Shown here: in pieces, positions 1 through 12,442 of the stretch
Layout: each line of letters starts with the position of its first letter
How positions within the stretch are numbered: the first letter of the stretch is position 1
DNA from: Paraspadella gotoi
Lineage: Eukaryota; Animalia; Chaetognatha
Direction of reading: 5' to 3'
NCBI GenBank assembly: GCA_051294375.1
Contig: CM119267.1
Location: 21,521,755 to 21,585,754 of the forward strand
DNA length: 64,000 bases
Notes under the pieces: generated by a model
The model's database searches: none
The model's input: only the letters and a program-made list of their open reading frames with translations
Told to the model about the DNA's origin: nothing
Position numbers and translations under genes: made by a program

Positions 1-43
1 ATTATTATCATAATATTACTAATTTACTATTATCTCTCCCCAG

Positions 44-2591
44 ATCACTCTCCAGACGCCTCCACATCGCCGCTCCCCTTCGGTTCTCTTTTCCAAAGAC
101 TCGAATCATCCGTCTCTTCTCCGCTGCCGACGACGTCTTCCGCTTCCCCGCTCGCTCCGCTGCCCGACGCATCCGCTTCCCTGCTCTACGCGTCCGCTTC
201 CCTGCCCGCTCCTACGCCCGTTGATTCCGCTTCCCCGCCCGCTTCTCCTTCTTCATCTGCACCCAAAGGCGAAAACGGCGACAGCGTCGACGAAGGCTCG
301 CAAGAACGAGCTCAGTCGTCTTCCACGACACGCTCGTCCACAACGTCATTTTCTACGGTGTCGTCGTCGATTATTATTTCCAAGATCGCCTCGTCTTCCT
401 CCTCTTCTTTTTCCTCCTCCTCCCTTCATCCTCCCTCTTCCTCCACCCCTCCTACCCAATCTCTTCTCCTCCGACCCTTCTCGTCCTCTCTCCACCCCCC
501 TCCACCTCTACCCTCCCCCTCACCGCCCACCTCTACGTTTTCTCCTCCAACTCCGTCCACTACTGCCTCCGCAGTGGCTCGTCCGAAGACGTCGTCGTCT
601 TCAAAGTCGGAAACGTTCGTCGACCGCCTCATCGTTCAGCGGCTGCAAAGAGCGATGCGACGAGGCTCGATCAAAACAACGACGACGACAACAACAACGA
701 CGAAGGTTTCCAATCTTCGTCCTCCTCTTCCGCCGATGATTAAAGACTCTCGCCGAGATTCCGCCGATCGGCATCCGGCACCGGACGAGACTCGCCGGAA
801 GTGGCGGAAGCGAAAAGACCGGAAACGAAGCGAAGGTCGAGAAACAACGACGACAACGACAACGACGACGGCGATATCTTCGTCGATCTCGTCCTCTTCC
901 TCCACGTCGACGGCTTCGTCGATATCGTCAATAAAGTCAATGGGATCGTCAACGTTGTCTCCAAACTCGGGATCTTTTTGGCGAACGTTTCCAACTCCGG
1001 CTCCTCCGACCTTCGCTCACAGTTTCCGTCGCTTCTCTCTTCCTCTGCCGCCGACGCTAGCGCCGCCGACGCAGGGGCCGCCGACGCAAGCGCCGTCCAC
1101 GCTGGCGCCGCTCGACCTATCGCCGCGCGCCGTACAAAGAGCGCCGGCCGAATCAACAGCGTCCTTCGGCGCCGGCGTGTTCGGCCTCGTCTTTCCGTCG
1201 AAATCCGAATTCCTGGTTCCATCGCCGACGCCGTCCTTGTCGCCGGTGCATTCCAATTCTTTGTCGCCACCAGCCATTTCCGGGGGTAAGCATTTAGCAA
1301 TCAATCGAATCAATCAAACTAGCTTCGTCTTTCAGTGGTATTTTACAGTGATATTTCAAATTTTATAACCTATAATATTTTTACACAGGGGAACGATGGC
1401 CCTTTTGTTCTTCCTTGAAGAGACCAGCCGAGGACTTTGCTCTCGATTTATCGGACCGTGGCGCTTCCAAGCGTCGACGAGATGAAACCATTCTAGAAAA
1501 AACAAATGACAACAGCGAAGAACCGAAAAGAAACGGGAAAGGTAAGTTACGTGTGAATAATATTAAATATTGTAGTGCTTTAAATAATTAAATAATTAAT
1601 CATTAATAAAACTTTCTATTTATATCATTTATTCACCAACCCTCCAGTTTTTCCCTCCGTCCCATCTCCCTCCCTCCATCATAACTCCTCTTCCTCCTCC
1701 CCTCCTTCCTTCCTCCCAACCTCCTCCTCTTCCTCCCCCTCGCCTTCTTCCTCCGCGCGCAAAAACTACAAGAGTCTCTCCCGCGTGCGACGCGTCGAAG
1801 CCAATGCGCGCGAACGCACGCGCGTGCACACGATCGGCGCGGCCTTCGACGCGTTGCGCAACGCCGTCCCGTCTTACTCGTGCAATCAGAAGTTGTCCAA
1901 ACTGGCGATTCTCAGGTGAGGGAATAAAGGGAGAGATGTTGAGACTTACTTAGCATTGGTGAGTTTGGAACTTTCTCGCTTTCTATTTTTGGAGAGACAA
2001 TTGTCGAAAGGAAAACGATGAACTTTTAGATATTAATTATAATTGTTTTTAACATCGTAAGCATGATGAAGGACTTAGACCCACTGGTTCAAAGGCTTTG
2101 AAAAGTTACTATGCTTCATCATTGAAACAAATGAGTAATTTCTAAAATTTCGTTATCACAAACTCAAATGAAACTGACAAATAAAAATATTAATTCATAT
2201 TTATTACAGGGAACCTGATTAAGTAAAAAAAAAAAGATTAAAAAAAAAAAACTCCCAACATCTCGTCACATCAAAGTTAACTTCTATTTCAAATTCTATT
2301 GCATTTCCATAAAACAACCGACAACATAATACAAACTCAACTACTTTAAAATAAACACTAACAATATCTAAATCCTTCAGGGTGGCCTCGGCCTACATCA
2401 TGACTCTGGCCAAGATGCTCGACCGCGATTACTCCGCGGAGCAGGACGACCCGAGCGTGGCAGAGTGCGTGGAGTTCGTGACGAGGACGATTCAGACTGA
2501 AGGGAGAGTGAGGAGGAAAGGAGGAGTTGAAGGAGGAGGAGAGGGAGTAGGAGAGGAAGGAGAAGTGGGAGAGGGAGAAGAAAAGGAGTGA
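44..2591 (+). CDS. ATOH8: Net/ATOH8-family bHLH transcription factor (5'-partial; exons 44-1285, 1389-1541, 1648-1915, 2381-2591)
   Basis: Phase-consistent GT-AG splicing gives ...[43 protein letters not shown]|[46 protein letters not shown]. This is the Net/ATOH8 bHLH plus the family's DYS...TIQTEG C-terminal motif. The N-terminal region is Ser/Pro/Thr-rich, and the start codon lies upstream of the window. Confidence 0.93.
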
Positions 2592-3166
2592 GACATCAAC
2601 AGTGTTCAATTACTTAACGCGACTTCCCAAACGCGAACTGTGATAATTTTTTTTTGTGAAAAGGAGACTCACAATTTCCCCATTGTATTTTTTTTTTTTA
2701 CGTGGCAAAAGAGCATTATATTGTTTGTATTAAACCTTTTTATATGACTACGTCGTCGTTTACTTTAAAAGCAAAACAGAGGTCGAGTCAATTTCATTAA
2801 AAGGAATTCGTGATAAAACCCAGCTTGAAAACCGAACATTGGGCTCATTCATTCACAGCCTTTTTTTATCAGTACAATAGTATTAAAAAAATAATTCGTC
2901 CTTTTTGAAATAGTAATAAAAGGGTCGGGATCATTGACCACAACTCCTTCCGTCAGCCACGTCTCCAAATTTCTTTTCTCTTTAAGATCGATTCAATTTT
3001 TTCTCATTACCGGGATCCAAAGGGATTAGGCGCTTTAGAATTTAATTCATTTTTTTTTTCAATCATTATTTTAAAATCAATTCCCGGATTCTTTGTTTAT
3101 TTTATTTTTTTTAATTTTCTTTTTTTAAATGAGAATGTGAGGGCGAAAGAGAAAAAGAATTTCCGA

Positions 3167-6100
3167 ATGGAATCCTTGTTCAGGCGATTCTTCCTTCTGG
3201 ACGTGAGTGTTGTTTTGTAAAATGTATTGTCTATTGTATTGTCTACTGTATTGCGTATTGTAAGTTAGAAATTCTAGCGAACAAAGTTAGTTAGAAAATA
3301 GTTAGTTAAAAATTCTAGCGAACAAAGTTCTCCTCACTCCCTCCGGTCGCAAGTTCAACGAAAGAAGACGCCGACGGAATCCACGGAACAACAACAACAA
3401 CAGAAACGGCAACGGCGCCGACGACGACAATGTCGACGAAGAGAATCCCGGCGCCGATAGGATCGCGCCGGAAGGCGTCGTCGTTGCCGGGAATGAGGAT
3501 GGAGGAAAAGAGGAGGAAGAGGAGGAGGACGACGACGACGAAGATAGAAACGTCAACGAAGCCAAACAGTTAAGTGGGGGGGGGCGGTCGATTTGAAGGG
3601 ACATGGTTGAAGGGACATTTACGACAGGATAAAAAGCCGAGTGCCGCTTTTATTATGCCTAATCCAATTTACGTTCTTAGTCCACGGAGAGTGCTCCACT
3701 GAGTCAATGAATTTCGGTTTATCTGTATCCCGACGTTGTGGTAGTGACCAAGGCTCTTTTCGATTTGTATTAGTTCGAAATGGGCTAAAGTGACCCTTAT
3801 TCGTCGCCATAGTTATTAAACCTTTACGTTTCACGGTATCTTTCAAAATGACAGAAAAAACTCATTGACGTCCTACCGTTTGGAAAGACTCTCTTCGACG
3901 GACAGAAATAGACGGTGAATATAACAATCACGCAATCCTTAAATAAGATCGATCAATTAACTAGTTTATTAAAAAATAATCAATCAAATTAAGGCAACGA
4001 ACTAAAAAGAAATTTTGACTGTCCATGTTCAGTTGTTGGGTTTGTTTCGCCGCCGAAAACGACGACGACGCCCCTGACGACGAATGGCTTCATCCGTGTC
4101 ACTGCAAAAAATCCATGAAATGGGTGCATCAGGCGTAAGTGCTAATGTCGCACACAAGATATCGAAAAAAAGCAAGTTAAGTATACTTAATTATCAAAAA
4201 AATGCAGGAAATCTTACTAAAGTATTTCTATATCAATAAAACTTTTTGTAATTAAAATGATAGAAAATGTTTAATATTTTCTTAATTTTACCAGTTGAGG
4301 TCGCACTTTGACATAATTTCAAGCTGCACGAATACCTTCCTTAACTTAAGGTGCATCAATCGTTGGGTTGATGAAAAACAAAACGGCAACGCCTTCCGTC
4401 CTGTAAAATGCGCCTTCTGTCTTTACGAGTATGAGTTCGAGTATCCAGGGGGCAGTCCCATCGCTAAGCCCATCAACCTGCTGGAGAATTGGTGAGAATC
4501 AGGCGGGGAAATGAACGATTAAATGATAACATGAGCTTGCAGGGTCTTACTATGTTATTATCCGGTCAAAGAGATGGTGCCCTTGACGCTCGATAGCCTG
4601 TCCAAAGTCCGTTTAGCAAAGAACTGTTTTGCATTTTTTTCTGAATCTCATTTATGTCTTATTTGATTGTTTAAAAAAATCATCATCATTATCATCGTCC
4701 TTTCTACTTCTGTTCAAATCATTGTCAATTATTAGAATAAAAACAATGGGATGACAATTCGCATCTGCAGATCACGGAACTCAAGATGCTTCGATTTTGA
4801 GTGTTTTTAAATACTAAAGAAACAATTATTAATTGCCTGTCAACAACCAAGCAACACGAAGTTGCGCCAAATAACTCAAATTCCTTTAATTTACTTCATT
4901 TACTTCATTTTTTTCTGTCAAGTAAATATAGTCAATAGAATTTTTAAAAAGGGAAATATCAAAAATATTTCGAAATGATATTGTATAAAAAGCTAGCATT
5001 TCTCGATTAAAAAATAATAATAATCAAAAAAGATTTTTGAAACAAATCACTATTATTCTCATGAAATGTTTTTTTCCCCTAAGTCGTTTAGCTTAAGATA
5101 TCTTAACTTGTAAAAACCAAAAAATGCTTGGTAAAAGTTTTTAATATGCAAAGAAGATTCGGTAAAGAGGCTAGAATTTAAAAACAAAAGATTATGAAAA
5201 ATTCGTTGCTTGTATTTTTATTCTTTTTATTTCTCATGACTCAAAAGTTTAGAAGGAACATATATTCTTCTAACAAGAATATATGTTCCTTCTAAACTTT
5301 TGAGTCATGAGAAATTATAATTATAACGTAAGACAAAAGATTAAACCTTTAGGGTGCTCTACATGACCAATAACGTGCCCGCCTTCGTCATCCTTCGTCT
5401 CGGATCCACCGTTTTCGAACTTCTGTACTTTGGCGCGGAACTCGATCTCCTGCAGAAGCTCGTCGTCTGTGAGAAGAAGTCGTTATTTTCGTAGTTGTCA
5501 TCGTTGTTGTTGTAGTTATTATCTGCTTTGATAGGGTTCCGGGTTCCAGGCCTGCGATGGATTTTTTTTTTTTTTTTGGCGCCTCCTAATAACAAATCAA
5601 ACCAATTTAAATGCAAACAAATGAAAGCAAAATAAGTTAGATAAAACAATATTAGATTAAATCAAATTGAATTGAATTAAAATTTAAATCAAATTAAATT
5701 AATTTCAAGATTAATATTAACAAATTTGGTAAAATAATCGTGAGCGAAGACCCCGTTTTAGAGATTTTTTGAGATTCGGTTGAACTGAAAATAAAAAAGT
5801 TCTCTCAGGGTTTTTGATGGAGGTGACGATCCCCGTCCCGTGGACGCTGCTGCTGCTGCTGGAGCTGCGGATCCAAGAGATGGAGATGGTGCTGGTGAGG
5901 GCGACGGCGCCGGACGACGTCTTCATTCCGGAGCCGGATTCCGCGCTGGACTCGATACAGGTTGGAGTGGGGGGGGGAGGGGAGGGGGGAGGGTAGAAGG
6001 GAATTTGAATGAGAGAAGGAGAAGAAGAAAATAGATTGATGAATATGACAAGTTAGTTTCCAGTAAATTGGAAAAAAGGGGAAAAAAAAAACAACGACGA

Positions 6101-6181
6101 CACGCAACCTCGAATTGACGTTAATCTCACGCTCTCTCTCTCTCCTCTCACTTGTGTGTCTCTTTCTCTCTGTCTCTTTTC

Positions 6182-6212
<31 letters not shown>

Positions 6213-6250
6213 TATCTCTCTCTCTCTCTTTCTCTCTCCTAATCTCTCTG

Positions 6251-6339
<89 letters not shown>

Positions 6340-6416
6340 TTCTCTCTTTTAACCCTCCTCTCTTTCTCTCTCTCTCTCTCTCTGTCTCTCTCTTGTTTTA
6401 AATTAGGAAAGCTTGG

Positions 6417-6482
<66 letters not shown>

Positions 6483-6755
6483 CAGAGAGAGACAGACCGA
6501 CAGTGTCTTCATCTTCCCTTCCTATCCCAGGACATGGACATGGGTGATTTCATCCGCGTTCGTCTCGTTCCTTCCTTCGCGATCATCACCGGTGAATTTC
6601 TCTTTCACGACGTGATTCCATCGCGCGTGATGCGATGCATCGCCGGCGCCGCCGTCTACACCGCCATCCGCGCCGCCGTCCGCGTCCCCTATCGGCGAGA
6701 CCAATTCAAGATGGCCGCGTCCAGGAGGGTCATGAACGTCGAGTCGCGGGGGTGA
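3167..6755 (+). CDS. MARCHF5: MARCH5/MITOL-like RING-CH membrane E3 ubiquitin ligase (exons ~3167-3202, ~3354-3568, 4033-4134, 4351-4491, 5353-5468, 5809-5960, 6531-6755)
   Basis: The spliced product has CWVCFAAENDDDAPDDEWLHPCHCKKSMKWVHQACINRWVDEKQNGNAFRPVKCAFC (RING-CH; WVDEKQ is typical of MARCH5) and hydrophobic segments. Its C-terminus PSFAIITGEFLF...MRCIAGAAVYTAIRAAVRVPYRRDQ resembles the MARCH5 tail. The two N-terminal exons are less certain. Confidence 0.85.
5229..5315. repeat. Perfect 41-bp inverted repeat with 5-nt loop (intronic)
   Basis: atttctcatgactcaaaagtttagaaggaacatatattctt-ctaac-aagaatatatgttccttctaaacttttgagtcatgagaaat. Confidence 0.95.
6133..6495. repeat. (CT)n tract followed by (GA)n tract in the last MARCH5-like intron
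   Basis: Directly visible dinucleotide runs at about 6133-6390 and 6420-6495. Confidence 0.95.
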
Positions 6756-7172
6756 AAGGAGAGAGAGGAGGAGGAGGAGGAGGAGGAGTTAGAAGAAGAG
6801 TACGAGGAAGATGAGGAGCGAGAAGAAATAAAGGAATGATTAAGTCTGAAATTAGTATTAAAGTGAAGACGTGCAAAAGTATTTGGCTTATTCATTTTCA
6901 GCGAATAATTTTCTTTTCAATACAGCAAGTAGACAAGTTTCCATGCCAAGGTCGAAGCGTTTAAAATCTATCCCACACTTTTTTGGGGGGTTGGAATATG
7001 CAGAGAAACGATGAGATGAATTTTCGTGGCTTCATGATTAATTCAATTGAAAGAAACACGAGAAGGCGTCAGATTTAGATTAAACTCGTAGGCTTTCGTA
7101 GAAGTTTTAGAAAAGATGAATTCATTTTGTAAAATTGTTTTGTTTATTTTATTTTCTTAGAAGCAAGGAATC

Positions 7173-7834
7173 ATGAGCGAAAGGTGAGTTTTTTTTTTAT
7201 GAACTAATTTTATTTTGGTTTTTTTTTTTAGTTTTTGTCGTTTACGATGATTTTTCTTACTTTCCTCAGATCGGGTTCCGATGATGATGACTTTTCCGAC
7301 TCGGGTATTTGTTAGTTTTGTTTGCGTTATTTTTTAGTTTCCCTCTTATGTTTCTTAAAAAAACAACAACAAAAAAAAAAACAATAATCTTGACAGTCGA
7401 CGGATGTAAAATCTACTAACAACGAGTACTTATTTAATTACTCAGCAAAATTTAAGCTGAATTTATAGTAAATTTTACGAGGAAGTAATCAAATTACAAA
7501 AACTTTTCCTATTAAAAACCATCTCCAAAACGACGCTCGACCGACTCAGAGCTTGTCGACGAGAACGACGAAGCGGATCCCGGAGACTACGCCGAGGACG
7601 AAGCCAAGATGGACGATCAATACGAAGACGATCTCGAAGAAGACGATGACGATGACGCTGCGCCGGAAGTCAACGCCGCCGACGTCGAGACGAAAGGTTA
7701 CAATAATGACTAATGAGTAATGTACAATGAACATTGTGAACAGCGAACAGATTACAACATCACAGAAATGGTAGCTTCATTTGGAGAAGAAAACAGCGTT
7801 GTATATGTCGAGAATAACATTATGTTATAGGTTT

Positions 7835-7883
<49 letters not shown>

Positions 7884-9871
7884 AGCTATTCTTTCCAGGC
7901 GCCTCGAAGCGATGGTCCGCCGCCGACTTTACCGATGCCGATGCCCTCGGAAGCCGCGGGACTTCCGGCCCCCGAGACGTTTCCGCTACCGACCGGGCCT
8001 CTTCCGTCGTCGCGAGTCAGAATAGGAGCAGCGGTGTCGAGAAAAGCAACGCCGAAGATAAGAGCGGCGTCGTTGATAGGAGCGGCGGCCAAGAGAGAAG
8101 TGGCACCGGTAGGAAAAGTGACACGATCCAAAGTAGCGGCGTCCGAATGGAGAATAGCGGCGCGGAAAGGAGCAGCGTCGTAGACCCGAGCACCGCCGCA
8201 GAACGGAGCAGCGCAGGCGAGGATAGGAGCAGCGTTGGAGCGGATAGAAGCAGCGGCAGGGAGAGGCGAGGCTCTGGACAAAAAAGCGTGGCTGGAAAAA
8301 GGAGCAGCGGTTCGTTTGGCGGCGGAGTTGGCGAGAGTGAAGTCGGTAACAGGAATCGTGAATCGAGAGACGACTTGAACAAAGAGAAACAAAGGAACGA
8401 GAACAAAGAAAAAAAAGAACATCGGAACATGAACAAGGATGAAGAAGAGAGGAAGGAAAACATCGTGAGTGGGAAATGGGGGAAATAAGTGGGAGGTGGT
8501 GGTGGTGGTTGGGGGGGGGAGATTGGAGGTGGAATTTAGTGGAAGAATTTGGGTGAAAAAAATTTTTAAATTACATCTAATTATGCAGCACTAACGCTAT
8601 CATTAGAATTGAATTATTTAACGCAACCGAAAAAAAAATAAAATCATAAATATTAAATATATAAAAATCTAAAAACTATATAGATCGTGATTGCAATTTT
8701 CATAATGATAATAGCTCAAAATGTATTATTGAAAGAATATACCAACCTAATTTTACTATTTTTTTTATTGCAAAACAAGTAAATAGCCTTTCATAAAACG
8801 TCAAAACGTCATAGGTCCATTTTTTTATGGTTTTCCTTTTTTACGAAAATATCGAAATCGATTTATTAAAGTGACGTTTCCCTTCATATTTTTTGTGTGT
8901 GTCAACGGGGGGGATTATTTGTGGGTCGGGGGAGAGGGGGGGGGGAAGAGGAAGGAGATTTTATGGAATCCCTTTGGAATTTTTATAGACTCGATTATGA
9001 CTCTAGAGGCTTTTGGAATATTTGGGTTCTCGACATGTGGGGGGGGGGGAGAAAAAACGTTTAGATGAAAATCTTTATTCCTCTTTTTTTTTTTAACTCT
9101 TTACTTGCACGTTCTAACGCTACAGGGTGATCTCGTTTGGATTTCAGGTGATCTACTCGGGATATCTGGGTCGACCGTCCATGCTCATTCCCGTTTCTAA
9201 AGCAGCGATGACTGGGAAAGGTAAGTACAGAGAAGGGTGAGGTTGTAAACCTTTTGTTTTATGTGATGTTCCGAGTTTGTAGGACCGTATTAGTTATCCT
9301 ATTTTGTACCCAAAACAAAATTTGTGCTCTTTGAGTCTGATTTTAACCTTTTTAATTAACAATAATTAAATTAATTACCTAAACTATAATCAAATCTCCA
9401 ATTTAATCCTAATCCTAATTTTAACCTTTACCATAATTAATCTTATCCCTAAGCATAATCCTGAACCATAACTTTTCAACCTAAAAACTAACTCAATTCC
9501 GAATTTTAGATATAATGAGGCGTTTTGGGAAAATACGATCAAATTTTTGCTCTGGTTCGAATGTTCAGGTTAAACTACCGAGGACCGGAAAATGAAGAAT
9601 AATTTGCTTCGCTTAAAATAGAACGATAATAAATGTTAATATCTATTTATAACCCGTACCCTGAATTATTTAACCCTTTCTCTCTCATCCTCTCATGCCA
9701 ACTTACCTTCCTACCTTACATTTCCGCCGCAGCCCCCGGCGACTACGAGGTGCTGGCGGAACCCAAACCTCTCCCAAGGGATTCGAACCAAATTTCGTTA
9801 CCGGTCGACTACGCGAAAGTTTGGGCATGCGAGTACAAGGACTGGTTCAAGAAGATGGACTTGCAGAACGC

Positions 9872-9959
<88 letters not shown>

Positions 9960-10729
9960 AAGAGAGAGAGAGAGTTTAACCACTTGTCTTCTCAGGCTTG
10001 GGTGCCTGGGTTGGAGCCGAGAAGAAAGAGAGACCTAAAAGGCAACGGAAACCGAGAGAGCCGAAACGTGAGATCGAATTTTGATGAAAGATGTGTCGTC
10101 GTCGTCGTCGTCGTCGTCGTCGCTGCAATATTGCACGATTGCCTTTTGTTTTTACTTTCATTTCCCATTGATGTCGTCCTCGTTGTTGCTTTTCTTTTTT
10201 CTTTTTTTCGATTTTTATTTTTCGGCGTTTTAGATTCCATTTTCTTTTTCCTTTGAAGTTGAATTTGAGTCGGTAGCTAAGGCACCGTTGGTAGACATTG
10301 AAAAGTAAATTAATCTCAATTAAAAGAACGTATTTGATTGAAAGAAAGCATTTATATTTTAACTATTAACTATAACATATCTCAATTATTACTTCTTTTT
10401 TTTTCGTTAAGCCGAAAGAAGGAGCGGGGATATTTTTAAAATTAATAGTCCGATATCAATCAAAGTATTTATAACAATTACATATATCAATTATTACTAT
10501 TTTTTCTCCGCTTAGCTAAAAAGGGCGCTGGCGGCGGCGGGGGCGGCGAAAAGAAAAAGAAGAAAAAGAAGAAGAAGAAGGGAGGAAAGAAGAAGGGAGG
10601 AAAGAAAGGAAAGAAGGGAGGAGCGGGAGAAGGTGAGTCCGATGTCGATGTCGCCGTTGTCGTCACAAAAAACAAAAACAAAACAAAACAAAACATGACG
10701 TAGCTTGAACCAAAAAAAAAATAAAATAA

Positions 10730-10790
<61 letters not shown>

Positions 10791-11716
10791 TTAATAATAA
10801 TAATAATAATAATAATGATAATAATAATGCCACCTCCCCCTCCCCTACTCGTCAATCCTCTACTCAAACAGCGGCCGGCGGCGGCGGCGGCGGCGGTGGC
10901 GAGGGCGAAGAGGGCGGCGGCGGCGGCGGCGGGGACGAAGAGGAGGCGGCGGAAGGCGGATCGGCGGAGGACGGCGGCGAAGAGGAAGGATCCGCCGGAG
11001 AAGGAGGAGAAGACGAAGGAGAGAACGAGAACGCCGACAACGCCGACAACGCCGTCAACGCCGACAACGCCGACAACGAGAACGCCGACGTAGGAGGAGG
11101 AGGAGGAGGAGGAGGAGGAGGAGGAGGGGCCGACGACAACGCCGACACGAATGCCGACAGAGATGACCAAGTCGTGGAAGAGGCAGAGGAGGACTCTGGC
11201 CGAGAAGTCAACTATCAGGCGAGCTGCTGTTGCTGATACGGCTGTTGAGTGCGGCATCCGCGATCGATGATACTGCTGATGGTGTAGATGTGGTTGTTAT
11301 TGTTGCTCTCGGCGTTGTCGTTGTTGATATTATCGTTGTTGTTTTTGTGTAAGACGTTTTTGTTGATGTCGTTGTAGTTATTATTGTTGATGTGATTGTT
11401 ACAGATTTTTTTTTTTTATATTTTTAAAAATCGTTTTTTAATCATTTCGTTCATCAACGATCAGGTCGGCGAAAACGACGTCGAAGAGGACGCCGGGGTC
11501 GTAGCTCCCGAGGACGTCGCCGTCAACGAGCACGCCGCCGGTGCTGTCGACGCTGCCGACTCTGCCGACGACGCTGGCTACGGCGAGGATTTCGCTTCGA
11601 ACGCTGACGCGGAAAGAGATGATGATGAGGATGAGGATGGAGAAAAAAATGACGACGACGATAATGACGACGACGACGAAGACCAGGATGAGAAGCGGAT
11701 CGTCGACGGAGATTAG
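7173..11716 (+). CDS. Uncharacterised low-complexity acidic / Lys-Gly-rich protein with a THEG-like motif (exons 7173-7183, 7270-7304, 7550-7696, 7899-8464, 9148-9220, 9733-9873, 9996-10067, 10516-10632, 10872-11218, 11465-11716)
   Basis: Ten exons join with consistent phase. The product has a D/E-rich N-terminus, RSS repeats, a core VIYSGYLGRPSMLIPVSKAAMTGKAPGDYEVLAEPKPLP...DYAKVWACEYKDWFKK, a KKKGGKKKGGKKGKK block and a G/D/E-rich C-terminus. The last intron needs a GC donor. Confidence 0.72.
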
Positions 11717-11759
11717 AAGTTTCGAAAAGCGAAAGAAAACTTGAAAGAAACAGGGTGAG

Positions 11760-12010
11760 AGAGGTCCCGGTTTTTCTAGTCGGAGATTGCAATAGGTTCT
11801 TTACGTGGCTCATTGAGTAATACCATCAGCTCATGACCATCGGGTACCGGGATCAATCCCTAATGGTACCTACCCTGCGGGAATCGTGTGGATGGTTGTA
11901 AACTGCCTTGGGAGCGTGAGAAACTCTGTTTCCAAGTCCGGGACCCGTTCCAATTGGCCCAGAAGATGCTGATAGCACTCTTCAGCCCACTGAGCGCCTT
12001 ATCCACAAAA
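11760..12010 (+). mobile_element. Probable degenerate tRNA-derived SINE
   Basis: GC-richer island with A-box-like TGGCTCATTGAG and B-box-like GGGATCAATCCC. Only one copy is seen in the window. Confidence 0.35.
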
Positions 12011-12442
12011 CTTTTGTTTTGGTCTAGTCTAGACTCTAGAGCCGGCGATTCCATCTTTTCAGCCTAGTTTCCCGATTATTATTATTTTTAAATAGCCCCC
12101 CAATATTAAAGATAAGTCATTTACTAAAAATAATTAGGATTTTTATTTTTATAAAATGTTTTTTTTTTCCTTGATTTTAAGGAAATCCGACGGAGACGAC
12201 ACCAATAAAGAAGAATAATTGTTTGTTTTTTTAATTTATTTTTCAATTTTATAATATTGGCTATGAAGGAATTTTTAGTCTAATAAATCACGATTACTGA
12301 ACCCATAGAAACAATGACGTCAGACGTTATAAGGGTTCGGCCCGGAGCGCGTTAAAAATTGCTACTTATTGTTGCTTTATTATAAGCAAATAATTATTGT
12401 CTTAATAGCGTATTATTATTATTATATTATTATTATTATCGA

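Noticed and set aside
5805-6615. Long ORFs of poly-(SL)/(RE), also at 34667-35760 and many sites in 44900-63570
   Set aside because: They are translations of (CT/AG)n microsatellites.
10487-11257. 256-aa minus-strand ORF with poly-Ile
   Set aside because: Antisense reading of the Gly/Lys-rich exons plus an intronic (AAT)n repeat.
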